From IMG/VR virus record IMGVR_UViG_3300045996_002431, positions 1 through 64,000 of that record: a DNA stretch of 64,000 bases; one strand, written 5' to 3'. This DNA is from a virus. The notes below the pieces were generated by a model. That model searched no databases and was not told the DNA's origin. It saw only the letters and a list, made by a program, of their open reading frames with translations. Shown piece after piece: positions 27,068 through 38,110 of the stretch (position 1 is the first letter of the stretch; the number at the start of each line of letters is the position of its first letter). Position numbers and translations under genes: made by a program.

Positions 27068-29074
27068 ATGAAAGTAAGCGTCTTCAGTAATACTTGGGAT
27101 ATAACTCCCATCGCAACCTCTTCCATTAAATCAATCTTCCGGACCATACAGTCTGAGAAGTTTAAGAGTAATGTTGAATTAATTCGAAAGCTTAAAGCCG
27201 ATGAAGACAAAAATTATCGAGAAGAAAAAAAGAAACTCCCCGCAGTCACATTCTCAGGAGTTTTTACTGAACGTAATGTTAGTTCTTTGGTTGATTATGG
27301 GGGCATCCTATGTGTGGATATTGATTCAATATCTCAGGGGCAACTCCTGGATCTACGAGTAAAACTCAAAGACAATAAAATGGTCCTGGGGTACTTCGTG
27401 TCTCCGAGTGGCGACGGTCTTAAGGTGTTACTGTATTCGTCAGCGGTTTCTAAGGAGTATCACCAGGCATTTTATTTTTCGGCCGAGAAATACTTCAGAG
27501 AGACTTATTCTGTTGAGATCGATCGTGCATGTAAGGACGTGAGTAGACTATGTTACATCTCTTATGATCCGGAGGCTTATCTTGCCTCAGAGGTTGAGTC
27601 GTTTCCGATCGACTTCGACATACGTCCGGTTGAGTTCTTCTTAAAGAATAGTTTTCCAACCACGAATACAGAAATATTCAATGCCGATGTTGATCGTTGT
27701 TTCAGGACCGCCAAGAAATGGGTGGAGCGGATCTTCATGTATGAGGACGGCCAAAAGAATAAGTACCTGCACAATCTTGCCTGCTCACTTAATAGACTGG
27801 GAGTTCCAATGCAGACCTGTGTCGAACTTATCGATGCAAATTACATAACTCCCGATCGTAAATGGCTGCAGTCAATTGAGTCTGCCTATAAGCACAATGC
27901 TCAACAGTTTAATTCTGTCCAGCTTAAAAACTGGAACGGAGATGATCTTAAACCATACGAGGAGAGGCCGTATAAGCACGGAGATGTCGAGAAGAGTATT
28001 CGTCGCATCATCATGAGGCTTTTCGAGAACCGGTTCCCTGTTGACGTTATTAAGCCACAGGCCGAAGTTTGGATCCAGGTGTATAGGAACTTTTTCGATC
28101 AGGAGATTATCGAGTCTGAAGGAATCAGTGCGGTAGTTGAATACCTGATCAATGAGGCCCAGCAGGAATTTAAGAACAATGAATTACTGAATATTAATCC
28201 CATAAAGGCGGAAACAATATTCGACCTCGGAATGGGCATAGAAGCTATGCTATCTCAACCATCGGACTTCTCTTCGGGAATTGATGAGGAATACGATGAA
28301 CAGGTTCCGGGATTATTCTCAAGAGGTAACGTTATTGGTGTGATTGGACGCGAGAAGACCTTTAAGTCTGTGTTCGTTCAGAATATGGCCTACAAGAACG
28401 CCAAAGCAGGCCTTCCTGGCATCTATATCAACGGAGAGATGTCTACGGGTCAATTCATCAAAAGAGCCGTTAAAATCGATTCCGGAGTGGATTTCGACTA
28501 CTACCTTGGAAAGAAGGAAAAGATCCCTACAGAGACCTACAAAACAGCCATGGAGAGTCTTAAGAGCGCCGTGGGCAAGAACCTATATGTGCACTCGGGA
28601 CTTGGTTTCACAAGGGATGGTATTCATGATCTTATTAAGAAACTAAGGCACGAAGGACTCGATATCGGATATGTGATAGTGGATGGGTTGTCTCAAATGC
28701 ACCAATGTAAGGGAGAAGAAATCCCTTCAGCTATTCAGAACGCAATGGAACTTAAGGAACTTGCCAAAGAAGCAAATGTCCTTGTGATTGTTCTGATCCA
28801 CATGAAGTCCGGTATTAAAAAGACTGTTCGAGATACTGGAGAATACGTTCGTGGCGGTATTAAAGTAACGGCTAACTTCGATGCATACTTCTCAACTTCT
28901 CTTCTTGAGATTCAGTCTGTCGACGATGATCTAGAGCCTGAGTTCCACAAGGGAGTGTTCTGCTTGAGGCTAAACGACAAGAGAGGAGCCCTGGATATCA
29001 TTACAAAAATCATCGAGGTTAAGGACCTTAAATTAAAAACATCAGATAAACAACTATCAGATTATGAGTTTTAA
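27068..29074 (+). CDS. Primase-helicase: BT4734/VirE-N primase domain + PriCT-like + DnaB/RecA-like helicase
   Basis: KKKLPAVTFSGVF, VDID, FVSPSGDGLKV, DVSRLCYISYDP; G.KNKYLHNLAC; Walker A GREKTFKS, INGEMS, VIVDGLS. Confidence 0.88.
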   Translation: MKVSVFSNTWDITPIATSSIKSIFRTIQSEKFKSNVELIRKLKADEDKNYREEKKKLPAVTFSGVFTERNVSSLVDYGGILCVDIDSISQGQLLDLRVKLKDNKMVLGYFVSPSGDGLKVLLYSSAVSKEYHQAFYFSAEKYFRETYSVEIDRACKDVSRLCYISYDPEAYLASEVESFPIDFDIRPVEFFLKNSFPTTNTEIFNADVDRCFRTAKKWVERIFMYEDGQKNKYLHNLACSLNRLGVPMQTCVELIDANYITPDRKWLQSIESAYKHNAQQFNSVQLKNWNGDDLKPYEERPYKHGDVEKSIRRIIMRLFENRFPVDVIKPQAEVWIQVYRNFFDQEIIESEGISAVVEYLINEAQQEFKNNELLNINPIKAETIFDLGMGIEAMLSQPSDFSSGIDEEYDEQVPGLFSRGNVIGVIGREKTFKSVFVQNMAYKNAKAGLPGIYINGEMSTGQFIKRAVKIDSGVDFDYYLGKKEKIPTETYKTAMESLKSAVGKNLYVHSGLGFTRDGIHDLIKKLRHEGLDIGYVIVDGLSQMHQCKGEEIPSAIQNAMELKELAKEANVLVIVLIHMKSGIKKTVRDTGEYVRGGIKVTANFDAYFSTSLLEIQSVDDDLEPEFHKGVFCLRLNDKRGALDIITKIIEVKDLKLKTSDKQLSDYEF

Positions 29075-29262
29075 CGATCCAACATCACCAAAGTCATTTG
29101 CCGACAAGATTTTTAAAGACATTGACGGGATGCTCGTTACAGAACAGGATGCCGTAGACATCACGGAATATATTCTTGAATTACTAAGAGATCGTGAGGC
29201 GAGGCCCGGACCTGGATATCAGGGTTCATATGAATATTATCAACGAGCAATAAAATCACTTT

Positions 29263-29712
29263 ATGAGTAAATACAAACAAACCCATATGTCCCTAACGGC
29301 ATTCACCGAGAAGGACGGCAAGGTCAAAAAAACAAGGGTCAAGAGGCCTAAATCAGACCTATCAGAGGACGATCTTCAGAAACTATGCGTAAGATGGTTT
29401 GAGATTCAGTACCGGGACGTACTCCTTCATCATAGTCCTAACGGAGGATCTCGTCACTTACTCGAGGCTGTCAAACTAAAGGCCATGGGTACTCGTCCAG
29501 GATGCCCGGATATTCTTATCTTTCATCCCGGTAAGTTGGTTGTTCCTATGTCGGGTCTTGCTATAGAGCTTAAGATTCCGGGCGGGAAGGTTACAGAACA
29601 CCAAAAGAACTTTCAGCACCAATTGGCAGTGGCCGGATGGTATACTGAGGTTGTTTGGTCCTTTGAGGAGTTTCAAAATACTGTTAATAAGTATTTCGGG
29701 AAAAATTCGTAA
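29263..29712 (+). CDS. VRR-NUC domain nuclease (probable Holliday-junction resolvase)
   Basis: EDDLQ...HSPNGG.R......LKAMG..PGCPD...IELK..GG.....Q. Confidence 0.88.
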   Translation: MSKYKQTHMSLTAFTEKDGKVKKTRVKRPKSDLSEDDLQKLCVRWFEIQYRDVLLHHSPNGGSRHLLEAVKLKAMGTRPGCPDILIFHPGKLVVPMSGLAIELKIPGGKVTEHQKNFQHQLAVAGWYTEVVWSFEEFQNTVNKYFGKNS

Positions 29713-29735
29713 CTTGAGGTTTTACCTACAAGATT

Positions 29736-30619
29736 ATGAGTCAAGAACTTCCCCTTATATGGATTAAAAAAATAGTAAGACGAGACGGTCAGATCATCAA
29801 CATCGAGGATGACGTTATTCGTAAAGCAGACGTTAAGCGTATCCGCAGATGGCATAAGAATGATAAGGATGAATCCATTACTGGAGATATCACCCTTGTG
29901 ACCGTTGAGAACGTGAGAGGTATTCCGCTGGTTAATATCCAGGTCAATGAGAGCCTCGAGAGTCTTACAAAGAGATTAGGTAATGTCGATCAAATTACAA
30001 GCTAATGAATATGGGATCTTCGAGTCATTCGATATCCGGAAGGCGCTTATAGACAATCTCAGAAAGTATTCTGATATTTCCGCCGTCAAAGCCTGCAATT
30101 CACTTAACATTGACTATCAGAAATTTTACAAACATTATTTGAATAATCCGCACCCGAACGGTGTGACGATGAGTCGTATCTTAAATGTCACGCAGTTTAA
30201 AAACTTTTTAAAACTTTACGGATTAGATCTCAAATACACCCTATATTTGAATAATTCATTCGATCCAAATGAGGCAAACGAAGTCATTAGAACAGGAATT
30301 AAGAGACTCAGAATTACTTCTGACTCGTCAGAGGGACTTCACAACGAAGTACAAGGCTCTGATAAAGAAACTTCATGAGATCGCGCCGAAGGTCGTGATC
30401 ATAGAGAGCGAGAATCACAAGCAGACTTGTATAGATATACTGAATGCCCTTGCTGACCTTAGAATAAGAATGATTCCGGAGCTGGAAGGTGAGATCAGGG
30501 AGTTAAGGGATGCCACAAAAGTTAAAAACAAGTTGAAAAAAAGTTTACGCTCTGAGGATGAGACTAAAAGAATTTATCGTAACTTCGAACAAAATATAAA
30601 AACCAAAAAACAACTATGA
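29736..30619 (+). CDS. Three hypothetical genes (29736-30005, 29983-30378, 30269-30619)
   Basis: Overlapping co-oriented ORFs; 29064-29270 is a further hypothetical upstream. Confidence 0.55.
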
Positions 30620-31206
30620 GTAACGCGAAACAAACAGCGGCTACCACTTCTCAGGATGATGAGTGGGAATCAACAAAAGGATCAGGCAGTAGCTGGAATC
30701 CAAAACAAGACGATGAAGGAATTATGTACGCGCCAGCCGAGCGAGTATATGATGCTACCAAACAACCAAATCACGCGGAGAAAGATATCCTTGTAGGGTA
30801 TTATATCGACAAGCGCGATGGAATTGGTCAGTACAATTCTTCTGTGATCACTGTGGTTGAGAAATCAACCGGAACCAAAAAAGATGTGTGGCTGGATACG
30901 GTTCTTGCAAAGGAATTGGATAAAGTTCCATCGATGAACATCCTTGTGAAACTTGAGTGGCTTGGAACCAAGCTAAAAAAGGACAAGAAGGAAGGTCAGA
31001 AAGGCGCAACCTTTAACGCATGGGATGTGAAATACAATTCCAAAGACGTTTACCAGGGCGGTGCTCCGGTTCCGAATGTGGCCTCAGAAGCTCAACAATC
31101 AAAATCTGTTCCTGAATCAACCCCAGCGAAACCTGCTCCGGTAAAAGGAGCTAAGATGAATGTTGATGAGGTGAGCGGTGAGGATACTGACGATCTTCCA
31201 TTTTAA
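30616..31206 (+). CDS. Putative single-stranded DNA-binding protein
   Basis: Beta-rich core, flexible linker and acidic tail EDTDDLPF. Confidence 0.7.
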   Translation: MSNAKQTAATTSQDDEWESTKGSGSSWNPKQDDEGIMYAPAERVYDATKQPNHAEKDILVGYYIDKRDGIGQYNSSVITVVEKSTGTKKDVWLDTVLAKELDKVPSMNILVKLEWLGTKLKKDKKEGQKGATFNAWDVKYNSKDVYQGGAPVPNVASEAQQSKSVPESTPAKPAPVKGAKMNVDEVSGEDTDDLPF

Positions 31207-31212
31207 TCTTAA

Positions 31213-31572
31213 ATGACGAATAAGAAACACGTACAAATCGCAAAAGTAGCGCACGAGTTAAATCGTGCCTACTGTCTTTCTCTCGGTGACGATAGTCAGC
31301 CGACTTGGGAAGAAGCGCCTGAATGGCAAAAAACATCTGCAATCAACGGAGTAATATTCCATCTTGGACATCCTGAAGCTACACCTGAAAACTCTCACGA
31401 GAGTTGGTTGAAGCAAAAAAAGGAAGAAGGATGGAGCTATGGCCCTACAAAAGATGTTGAAAAGAAGGAACATCCTTGTTTCGTTCCATACAGCGAATTG
31501 CCGGTTGAGCAAAAAGCAAAGGATTATATCTTTAGACAAACAGTGCACAGTCTAAGAGAAATCCTGTTCTAA
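31213..31572 (+). CDS. RyR-domain protein
   Basis: SHESWLKQKKEEGWSYGPTKDVEKKEHPCFVPYSELPVEQKAKD. Confidence 0.9.
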   Translation: MTNKKHVQIAKVAHELNRAYCLSLGDDSQPTWEEAPEWQKTSAINGVIFHLGHPEATPENSHESWLKQKKEEGWSYGPTKDVEKKEHPCFVPYSELPVEQKAKDYIFRQTVHSLREILF

Positions 31573-31591
31573 AGTGTCAAGTTCAATAAAC

Positions 31592-31625
31592 AAAAAACCC
31601 GGTTATTAGCCGGGTTTTTCTTTTT
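31592..31625. terminator. Bidirectional intrinsic terminator between the convergent arms
   Basis: AAAAAACCCGGT-TATTA-GCCGGGTTTTTCTTTTT. Confidence 0.9.
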
Positions 31626-31647
31626 AAACTAATAGCCACTAATTTCT

Positions 31648-31950
31648 TTATAACCATCCATTGATAATCACCAGGGCGGCATTTAAGTCTACAGGAGTAC
31701 CGCCGGTTAAAGCAGCTAGGGCGCCGCCGGTTATTTTCTGAAGATCAAACTTTAAAGGACTCTGAGTCTTGTCAGTGAAGTATATTGCAACCTCTGTCAT
31801 GGTAGGATATGGATAGTTATCCGGATAATTCATTACCGGCAAATATTGACCATAAACCTGGGCCACGTCAGCCACTGGATAGAATTCTGAAATTGCACCA
31901 GCCACACCTGAGTTGACCTCTATTGAGTTACCTGTTAATTGGACGATCAT
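31648..31950 (-). CDS. Hypothetical, probably virion-associated protein
   Basis: Last gene of the late arm; TATATTTA element 4 nt upstream. Confidence 0.6.
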   Translation of the reverse strand: MIVQLTGNSIEVNSGVAGAISEFYPVADVAQVYGQYLPVMNYPDNYPYPTMTEVAIYFTDKTQSPLKFDLQKITGGALAALTGGTPVDLNAALVIINGWL

Positions 31951-31973
31951 AACTTAAATATATAAAACTTTTT

Positions 31974-32639
31974 TTATTTGACAAATACCCTTATGGCCTG
32001 CCTTGTTCCCTCGGCGGCAATCACTCCGATCGCAAACCAGGTGTCGGGCCTCTCCCACCACTTTTTCTTCTCCTTTATCGTTAAACTTTGAATCTGATCT
32101 GTTTTCACGTATGGATTGGAATGCGATATAATGGCCTGCTGTTCGCTTTTGAATAAGCCGGTCTTTCGTTTACCCTCTATTAGGCTTATTTTATCGTTTA
32201 TAGCGATACTTTCGAACGTCACCTGGTCTTTGGATACCTTCAGGTCAATTCGATAGTGAGGGGTCTCTTTTGTGAGCAGGAATGGCTTAAAGTCGCATGG
32301 GATTTGACCGTCTTTGATCTTTACGCTGTCACGTATATTCGTATAATTGTGAAATGTTGTGACGGAGTTTACCTTTTTGAATTCTTTTACAAGTTTCTTA
32401 AGGGTGTCGTTTTGCGCGATCAAGCTTTTCATCTGCTCTTGAGTTTCCAGGAGAGCTTGGTGTACCGAAGCGATGTCGATTCCTTTAACTGTTTCTTGTT
32501 TTGTGGAGTCGGTAAAATAGCGGGATGTTTCCGCCGCGATTTTGTCAGGATTGGGTTTTGGCCAAAAAAGAGCCCAGGCCGCCAACATTAAAAGTCCAAC
32601 AGTAATAACGATTATTACGTTCTTGATTTTATTTTTCAT
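31974..32639 (-). CDS. Spanin-like membrane-anchored protein
   Basis: N-terminal TM, coiled coil, beta region, C-terminal KKWW...WFAIGVIA. Function inferred from context. Confidence 0.5.
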   Translation of the reverse strand: MKNKIKNVIIVITVGLLMLAAWALFWPKPNPDKIAAETSRYFTDSTKQETVKGIDIASVHQALLETQEQMKSLIAQNDTLKKLVKEFKKVNSVTTFHNYTNIRDSVKIKDGQIPCDFKPFLLTKETPHYRIDLKVSKDQVTFESIAINDKISLIEGKRKTGLFKSEQQAIISHSNPYVKTDQIQSLTIKEKKKWWERPDTWFAIGVIAAEGTRQAIRVFVK

Positions 32640-32853
32640 CTTTTGGCTCTAAATAAAGGCAGCCGAGGACAATCTTATCAACAACAAATGACAGTATTGC
32701 GGCGGCGAGCGTATGACGATCGTCAGACATTACGAATGTCGAACCTGTGATCACGGTTGCCAGTCCGGCCCAAACCATTTGAAGCTTAACGACCTCTTCT
32801 TGAGTGGAAGAGGTTAAGTTAAAGATTGACCAATGTACTCTGTATTTTTTCAT
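32629..32853 (-). CDS. Holin-like 2-TM protein
   Basis: 74 aa with two hydrophobic segments, next to the spanin-like gene. Confidence 0.45.
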   Translation of the reverse strand: MKKYRVHWSIFNLTSSTQEEVVKLQMVWAGLATVITGSTFVMSDDRHTLAAAILSFVVDKIVLGCLYLEPKDEK

Positions 32854-32854
32854 A

Positions 32855-33268
32855 TTATTCTTCGGCTTTTTCCGGAATCACAAACCCCGAGAAAAAGTGT
32901 TGTTCTACTTCTGTCAGCTCAGGGATCTCAGTTGAAAAGTAAGGTTCAAATTCAACCTCTTCTTTAAGTAACTGTTTTTCCTGATCTCTTTTTTGCTTCA
33001 GCTTTTCGGCTGTGTAAACCTTGTTGCCATTTGGATCGATAATAATATTCTTTTTTTCGTCCGTAGAGGCAAGTTCGTTTGCAATGTCTTCCAGTTTTTC
33101 GTAGTACTTAGAGATCGCGTCCGTAAGCCTACCTGGTTTTTTGAATTTGGCATCACCGATCATTTTTTTAATCGAGTAAGCCATTTTCGTGTTCTTGTTT
33201 TCTTCTTTATGAACGTGATTGTAAGCAGGTTCGATAAAATCGAAGATTTCTTGATACGTCTTTTTCAT
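32855..33268 (-). CDS. Hypothetical protein downstream of fibre genes (possible chaperone)
   Basis: Charged helical protein; function from position only. Confidence 0.5.
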   Translation of the reverse strand: MKKTYQEIFDFIEPAYNHVHKEENKNTKMAYSIKKMIGDAKFKKPGRLTDAISKYYEKLEDIANELASTDEKKNIIIDPNGNKVYTAEKLKQKRDQEKQLLKEEVEFEPYFSTEIPELTEVEQHFFSGFVIPEKAEE

Positions 33269-33318
33269 GTTTCTTTGGTCTTTTTCCTAATATATAAAGA
33301 TATTTTTATCTATGCAAA

Positions 33319-35583
33319 TTAGGCGTTTGCGATCACCGTAATGGTTCCTGATGAACCTCTGTATTTTAAGGCCCCGGCTTCCACGTATAAAATTCCACCA
33401 CCTGTGGGATTCGCGCTTGGTGCTGTACCGTTGGCTATGAATAACACTTTAACGCCGGATCCGAACGAAGTACCGTTAAATCCGAAGTTACCATCCGATG
33501 TTACGGTTCCTTTGATGGAGTCATTGGTTAAGATCTCGAACGATGTGGCGTTCCTTGTTCCAACCAAGCATCCACCACCTGATAAAGCGTAAAGGGCGAC
33601 TTTGTTAGTAGCTGTAGGCACAGCCGTATGAGCTGAAGAGAATGCGCCGAATATACCAATGGCAGTATCTGCCGTCATGTAGTAAATGGCCCCGGCACTT
33701 GTTCCGGTACTCGTATTCTTTAGTTCCATTGATATGGATGAGGTGCTGTTGTCTGATCCAACGATGGCAAACGGATTTGTTGCTGAAACTGTTGAGATCG
33801 CGCCACCACCTGTAGCTACAATGTGAAGTTTTGTTGCCTGGGTTACTCCGGTAGACGCTCCTATATTTAATCTAGCATCATTCCAAAGTAGGTTTGTACC
33901 AGCCTGGAATAGTACGGTATTGGCGGTGTGTACTGTTGATATTTGACCAACTCTAAAACCAGTTGCATCAAGCCTGTAACCGTAATTTGTAGAGGTTGTT
34001 CCAACCACACCATAAATAGGTGTACCAGCTAACAATAAAGCTGATGCCGCATTAGAAGTTCCAAACTGAGATAAAGAGGCTAGATTTATAGAGGTTCCGG
34101 AGAAAACGCCAGGAAAAGCAGAACCGTATACTGCAAAACTTGCAATTGTTGAGTTTTGTTCACAGGTAAAACCAACAGCTCCGGTTGTAAGTACATTTTT
34201 AGCAATCAAACCAACACTTGTTGCATTATCACTAATGTTAATGTTTCTGTTTACTACGGGAGCCGCACCGCTACCTATTGTTACTCTTGAGTTAGCTGAA
34301 TCATATTTAAAAGAAGCAGCAGATGTAACAGTATCAGCCACGCCTGTGCCAAACGGTATAAGCCCGGCTGTTGCGCCAATAGAACCTTTTATTTTAGCGT
34401 CTGTATAAGTTGTGGAAATAGAATTTCCCTGCCAGGTCTTGTTTGTCAGAACATCTACAGAGCTTGCTGTAATAAATCCTGAGTCGTTTACAAAGATTGA
34501 TATGTTCTGCCCGGTTAATGCGGTTATTGCCCTGGCATTCGTGAAGTATAGGTTTCCGTTTTCAGGTACTGCAGAAGTGTCGAGAGTTTGCCATGTTTTA
34601 TCGCCCCTCCAGTACTGAGTTATTAGCCCGGCAGCAATAGCATTCTCCTTGTTATTGAATGTGGTCCAGTCGGCAGAACTTAAATATCCGTCCTGGGCTC
34701 CAGTGGCTTGTTGTATTGATACTTCGTTCTTCGCCGAAGAGAATACGAGCGGTGTGATATAAGACCTTCCCCTATCAAGCTCAACAGACTCAACGATGTT
34801 TCCGTAATTAACATTAGGATAATCGATGGCTTTGATTTTGATGGAGTAAAGTATCGCTACTTGAGGGTCTGTGTAGGCTCCTGTCGCTGCCCAAACGCCT
34901 GTTGTCGGATTAAGGGACGCAGTAACCACATTCCCAAGCGCAGTCTTAGGAGATATAAAGGTCGGCTTATTTTGTACATCAAGCGTCGAAAGAACGGCAT
35001 TTGCGTTGTTTCCGAACTCGTCTTGATTGATGGTAGCCCCAAGTGGCAATGTAACGGTACCGCCTGCTCCTGAGACAATTTCGAAATACGTAATCTTGTA
35101 CTCATTGTTTTCAAGTAATGTTACCCGGTTAGCAAGTGACGCTGACTGGGCGATGATTTGTGCAATAGTTTGAGACACCTCATACTCTACGGTTGAAGTG
35201 TCTCCGTCCTCAACATAACGAAACTTGGTCCCGCTCGCTGTTGGAACTAAATTCTCACTGATACGACTTGATACGAAAAGATACGATTCAGGTGTAGATG
35301 ATACTCCGTTCTTACTTATTACAGTAAGATTTAAGAGCATGTCTGATTTTCCCGCGATCGAATTTAAACTATCGGATACCTTGTAAGTAACCTTTAGGCT
35401 ATTCGTAACCTGGCGGACCGATCCTTTTAATTGATTTGATACAATTATGGAAGAGGTTCCGTCGTTTCTTATTGGAACAACAATATCATCAACATCTAGA
35501 GCGAAGGTTGAGGCAAATGATTGCCACTCTAACCTGCCCTGGAACTGTCGTTCAGTAGCGGTTAATGATATTAGTTGTGACAT
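33319..35583 (-). CDS. Tail fibre/spike protein 1
   Basis: G/S/T/A-rich. Fibre motifs [38 protein letters not shown]; C-terminal [18 protein letters not shown]. Confidence 0.8.
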   Translation of the reverse strand: MSQLISLTATERQFQGRLEWQSFASTFALDVDDIVVPIRNDGTSSIIVSNQLKGSVRQVTNSLKVTYKVSDSLNSIAGKSDMLLNLTVISKNGVSSTPESYLFVSSRISENLVPTASGTKFRYVEDGDTSTVEYEVSQTIAQIIAQSASLANRVTLLENNEYKITYFEIVSGAGGTVTLPLGATINQDEFGNNANAVLSTLDVQNKPTFISPKTALGNVVTASLNPTTGVWAATGAYTDPQVAILYSIKIKAIDYPNVNYGNIVESVELDRGRSYITPLVFSSAKNEVSIQQATGAQDGYLSSADWTTFNNKENAIAAGLITQYWRGDKTWQTLDTSAVPENGNLYFTNARAITALTGQNISIFVNDSGFITASSVDVLTNKTWQGNSISTTYTDAKIKGSIGATAGLIPFGTGVADTVTSAASFKYDSANSRVTIGSGAAPVVNRNINISDNATSVGLIAKNVLTTGAVGFTCEQNSTIASFAVYGSAFPGVFSGTSINLASLSQFGTSNAASALLLAGTPIYGVVGTTSTNYGYRLDATGFRVGQISTVHTANTVLFQAGTNLLWNDARLNIGASTGVTQATKLHIVATGGGAISTVSATNPFAIVGSDNSTSSISMELKNTSTGTSAGAIYYMTADTAIGIFGAFSSAHTAVPTATNKVALYALSGGGCLVGTRNATSFEILTNDSIKGTVTSDGNFGFNGTSFGSGVKVLFIANGTAPSANPTGGGILYVEAGALKYRGSSGTITVIANA

Positions 35584-35589
35584 TGTTTA

Positions 35590-36753
35590 TTAAACTAGAG
35601 TGAAGGTTTTGGTTACTCCGCCAACCTGTGCTTTAAAGTCAGCTCCGTCAAGCCATATATCTCCGTTGTTCGGCGCTGCCGGAGCAACCCCTTCGCGTAT
35701 TCTTAAAGATGCTCTTGAAATGTTTGATGCAACTAAATCCAGGGCTGCTGTCGCTACAGCTTGGCCGAGACCAACAAGGTTGCCTAATGGATTGATCATT
35801 AAATTGAGACCATCGAACGACTGAATCCACTTGTATGTAGATTTCTGACCCAAAACGAGTCCGTTACTTGCCAGTGATGGATCAACGTCTCCGCCGATAG
35901 TAATATACCCGTCAGTAACAATGATACCAGGGTATGCTAAGTTAGGGGCGGCACCTAAGAATAATTGACCAGTCGCACTGAAGATCGCCCTTGTGGTATT
36001 GTCTGTTTTAACGTAAAAAGAATTGAGATCAGTTGTTCCGATGAAATTTACACCTGGAGTTGTTCCGGCGTTACCGCCCAAAGTCCAAAATCCAGCAGCA
36101 GAAGCGGCTACTTTTTTGATCTTTCCGGTAGCATCAATAACAAGACGATCGTCACCGGCAACACCGGCAGGAACGTTATCAAACGTTAAGTTAAAAGCAC
36201 CGAAGTCAAGAGTTGTATTTTGAACCAAAACGCCACCAAGCTGAACAAATCCAGCCGCAACACTCAGTCCGTTATTCGCTCCGAAAAGCGCAGAAACTAA
36301 ATTTGTTTGAGCAACGATATTTGCAATACTGTTTGATACTTCGTATTTAACCGGGCGAGAAAGACCATCTTCCAAATACATGAATTCGGTTCCGCCTGCA
36401 GTTGGTACGAGGTTTTCTGAAATCCTGCTCGCTACAAAGACATAGTTTTCTGAAGTCGCCAACGCAACCCCGTCAATCTTTGTAACAGTTACGTTTATAA
36501 GTCCTGGAGATTTTCCCGAGATCACCGCAAGGGTGTCTGTTACGCGGTAATCTACCTTAACACTATTTTTAGATCCACCGTCTGAATCTTTTAATGGATT
36601 CGCGGTGAAGTAAGATCTGTTTAATACTGTATCACGACGAATAGGGCTTACGATGTCATCGACGTCGAATCCTATTGTTGAAGAGAAGTCTTGCCATTCG
36701 TTACGGCCTTGAACTTTTCTTTGTGTCGCTGTAAGAGAAATAAGTTGTGACAT
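35590..36753 (-). CDS. Tail fibre protein 2
   Basis: Shares a ~150-aa N-terminal domain with fibre 1. WTLGGNAGT...FIGTTD; APAAPNNGDIW. Confidence 0.8.
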   Translation of the reverse strand: MSQLISLTATQRKVQGRNEWQDFSSTIGFDVDDIVSPIRRDTVLNRSYFTANPLKDSDGGSKNSVKVDYRVTDTLAVISGKSPGLINVTVTKIDGVALATSENYVFVASRISENLVPTAGGTEFMYLEDGLSRPVKYEVSNSIANIVAQTNLVSALFGANNGLSVAAGFVQLGGVLVQNTTLDFGAFNLTFDNVPAGVAGDDRLVIDATGKIKKVAASAAGFWTLGGNAGTTPGVNFIGTTDLNSFYVKTDNTTRAIFSATGQLFLGAAPNLAYPGIIVTDGYITIGGDVDPSLASNGLVLGQKSTYKWIQSFDGLNLMINPLGNLVGLGQAVATAALDLVASNISRASLRIREGVAPAAPNNGDIWLDGADFKAQVGGVTKTFTLV

Positions 36754-36758
36754 AATTT

Positions 36759-37244
36759 TTAATCTTTATAAACGTTTGGACGAACAAAAATTGCATTCTT
36801 ATATTTACGATCGTCCCTGTACATGAATTCTCCGCCATTTGAATCATTTCCTATAGCGGTGTTTCCTTCATAGGCTGCGAATTTTCCGCCGCCAAGATCC
36901 TTATCGAAGATTCCGGTGTGATCAAACCTTCCGTCGCCATTCCAATCATAGAAGGTTACGTCTCCAGGAAGAGGTACGGTGACGATTCGTCCCCATTTCT
37001 TTACATTGGCTACAGCGTATGGGCAGCCAGCGAAGCCTCTTAAGAAGCCTACTTTTCCAAGATTTATTTCAGCTTGATCAAATATCCAGGAAACAGATGT
37101 TCCGCACCATGGGTATTCAGCTCCTGAAACTTCTTTTCCGTAGAACCAGGTATTGTACTTTACTTTGTTGCTTCCTGCCGGAGATTCTTTAATTCCAACC
37201 TGGGCCTTTGCAATTTCAAGTACTTTTATTCTTAACTGATTCAT
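36759..37244 (-). CDS. CHAP-domain endolysin
   Basis: A..QVG.KE.P.GSN.VKY, PWC, PGD..FYDW, DHTGI, EGNT. Likely start MNQLRIK. Confidence 0.88.
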   Translation of the reverse strand: MNQLRIKVLEIAKAQVGIKESPAGSNKVKYNTWFYGKEVSGAEYPWCGTSVSWIFDQAEINLGKVGFLRGFAGCPYAVANVKKWGRIVTVPLPGDVTFYDWNGDGRFDHTGIFDKDLGGGKFAAYEGNTAIGNDSNGGEFMYRDDRKYKNAIFVRPNVYKD

Positions 37245-37486
37245 TAAAGTCCGAATACGTGTGTTTTTATCCAAGACCAGGCAACTACCAGCACCGGTGT
37301 GCCGACGGCTATGCCGCCAGCAACCTTGTGCTTGAATTTCTGATCAGCCTCCTTGTAGTCTTCGAGAGTTTTCATTCTCTTAACCAGCCCGGTAGTGCCA
37401 GCTTCCTCGTCGCCGAGTACCGCCATTTCTATTCGAGTCAAGGATCTTTTGATCTCCTTTATGTCTTCCTTCTCCTGCTCAGACAT
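37244..37486 (-). CDS. Small C-terminally anchored membrane protein (holin/lysis-associated)
   Basis: Coiled N-terminus plus TM; directly upstream of the endolysin. Confidence 0.55.
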   Translation of the reverse strand: MSEQEKEDIKEIKRSLTRIEMAVLGDEEAGTTGLVKRMKTLEDYKEADQKFKHKVAGGIAVGTPVLVVAWSWIKTHVFGL

Positions 37487-38103
37487 TACGCTACTGTGAT
37501 TTCTACTGTGTCAAAAATTGAAGGATCTGAAATTGAAATCGCTTTGATTACAACGAATCCTGGAACGATTGATGTTACAAGTCCTGTCGCGTTTACTGTA
37601 GCTACAGCAAGGTCGTTTGATTCCCAAGTTACGCCAAGGTTGCTTGCGTTTGCAGGCAGAAGCGTAGCTGTTAACTGAAGGGTTGCGGCTGGAGCCATGT
37701 TACGGGTTCCAGCACCATCAATTGATAACGAGGTTACGTTGATGTTTCTTGGTCCGCTGTTAACCGAGCAAGATGTATTTCCTTCTCCGTCATCAGTCTC
37801 TACGTTAGTAGAATTGAATCCGAGGCTTATTAGGGCCTGAAGTTGCGTTGCATCTATTAACCCTTTGTTTACCGCGCACATTACTTGCTTCCAGTAGTTT
37901 TCTACTATTTCACAAGAACAGCATTCAGTAGCGGTTGTTGAAGTTGATGATGTAGCCCGAGCTTCTAAGTCAACAATGTCACGATCTGAATCCATATAGG
38001 ATAGATGGTTGTTGTTGGTCGAATCCCTGAACAGTTCTACTGTTCCGGCGGCTGGTGTTACGATTGAGCTCGGATTTTTCGAGCTTACTATGATGTCAGG
38101 CAT
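37486..38103 (-). CDS. Virion protein with C-terminal Ig-like (Big_2) domain
   Basis: TLQLTATLLPANASNLGVTWESNDLAVATVNATGLVT. Confidence 0.85.
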   Translation of the reverse strand: MPDIIVSSKNPSSIVTPAAGTVELFRDSTNNNHLSYMDSDRDIVDLEARATSSTSTTATECCSCEIVENYWKQVMCAVNKGLIDATQLQALISLGFNSTNVETDDGEGNTSCSVNSGPRNINVTSLSIDGAGTRNMAPAATLQLTATLLPANASNLGVTWESNDLAVATVNATGLVTSIVPGFVVIKAISISDPSIFDTVEITVA

Positions 38104-38110
38104 ATCTTAA

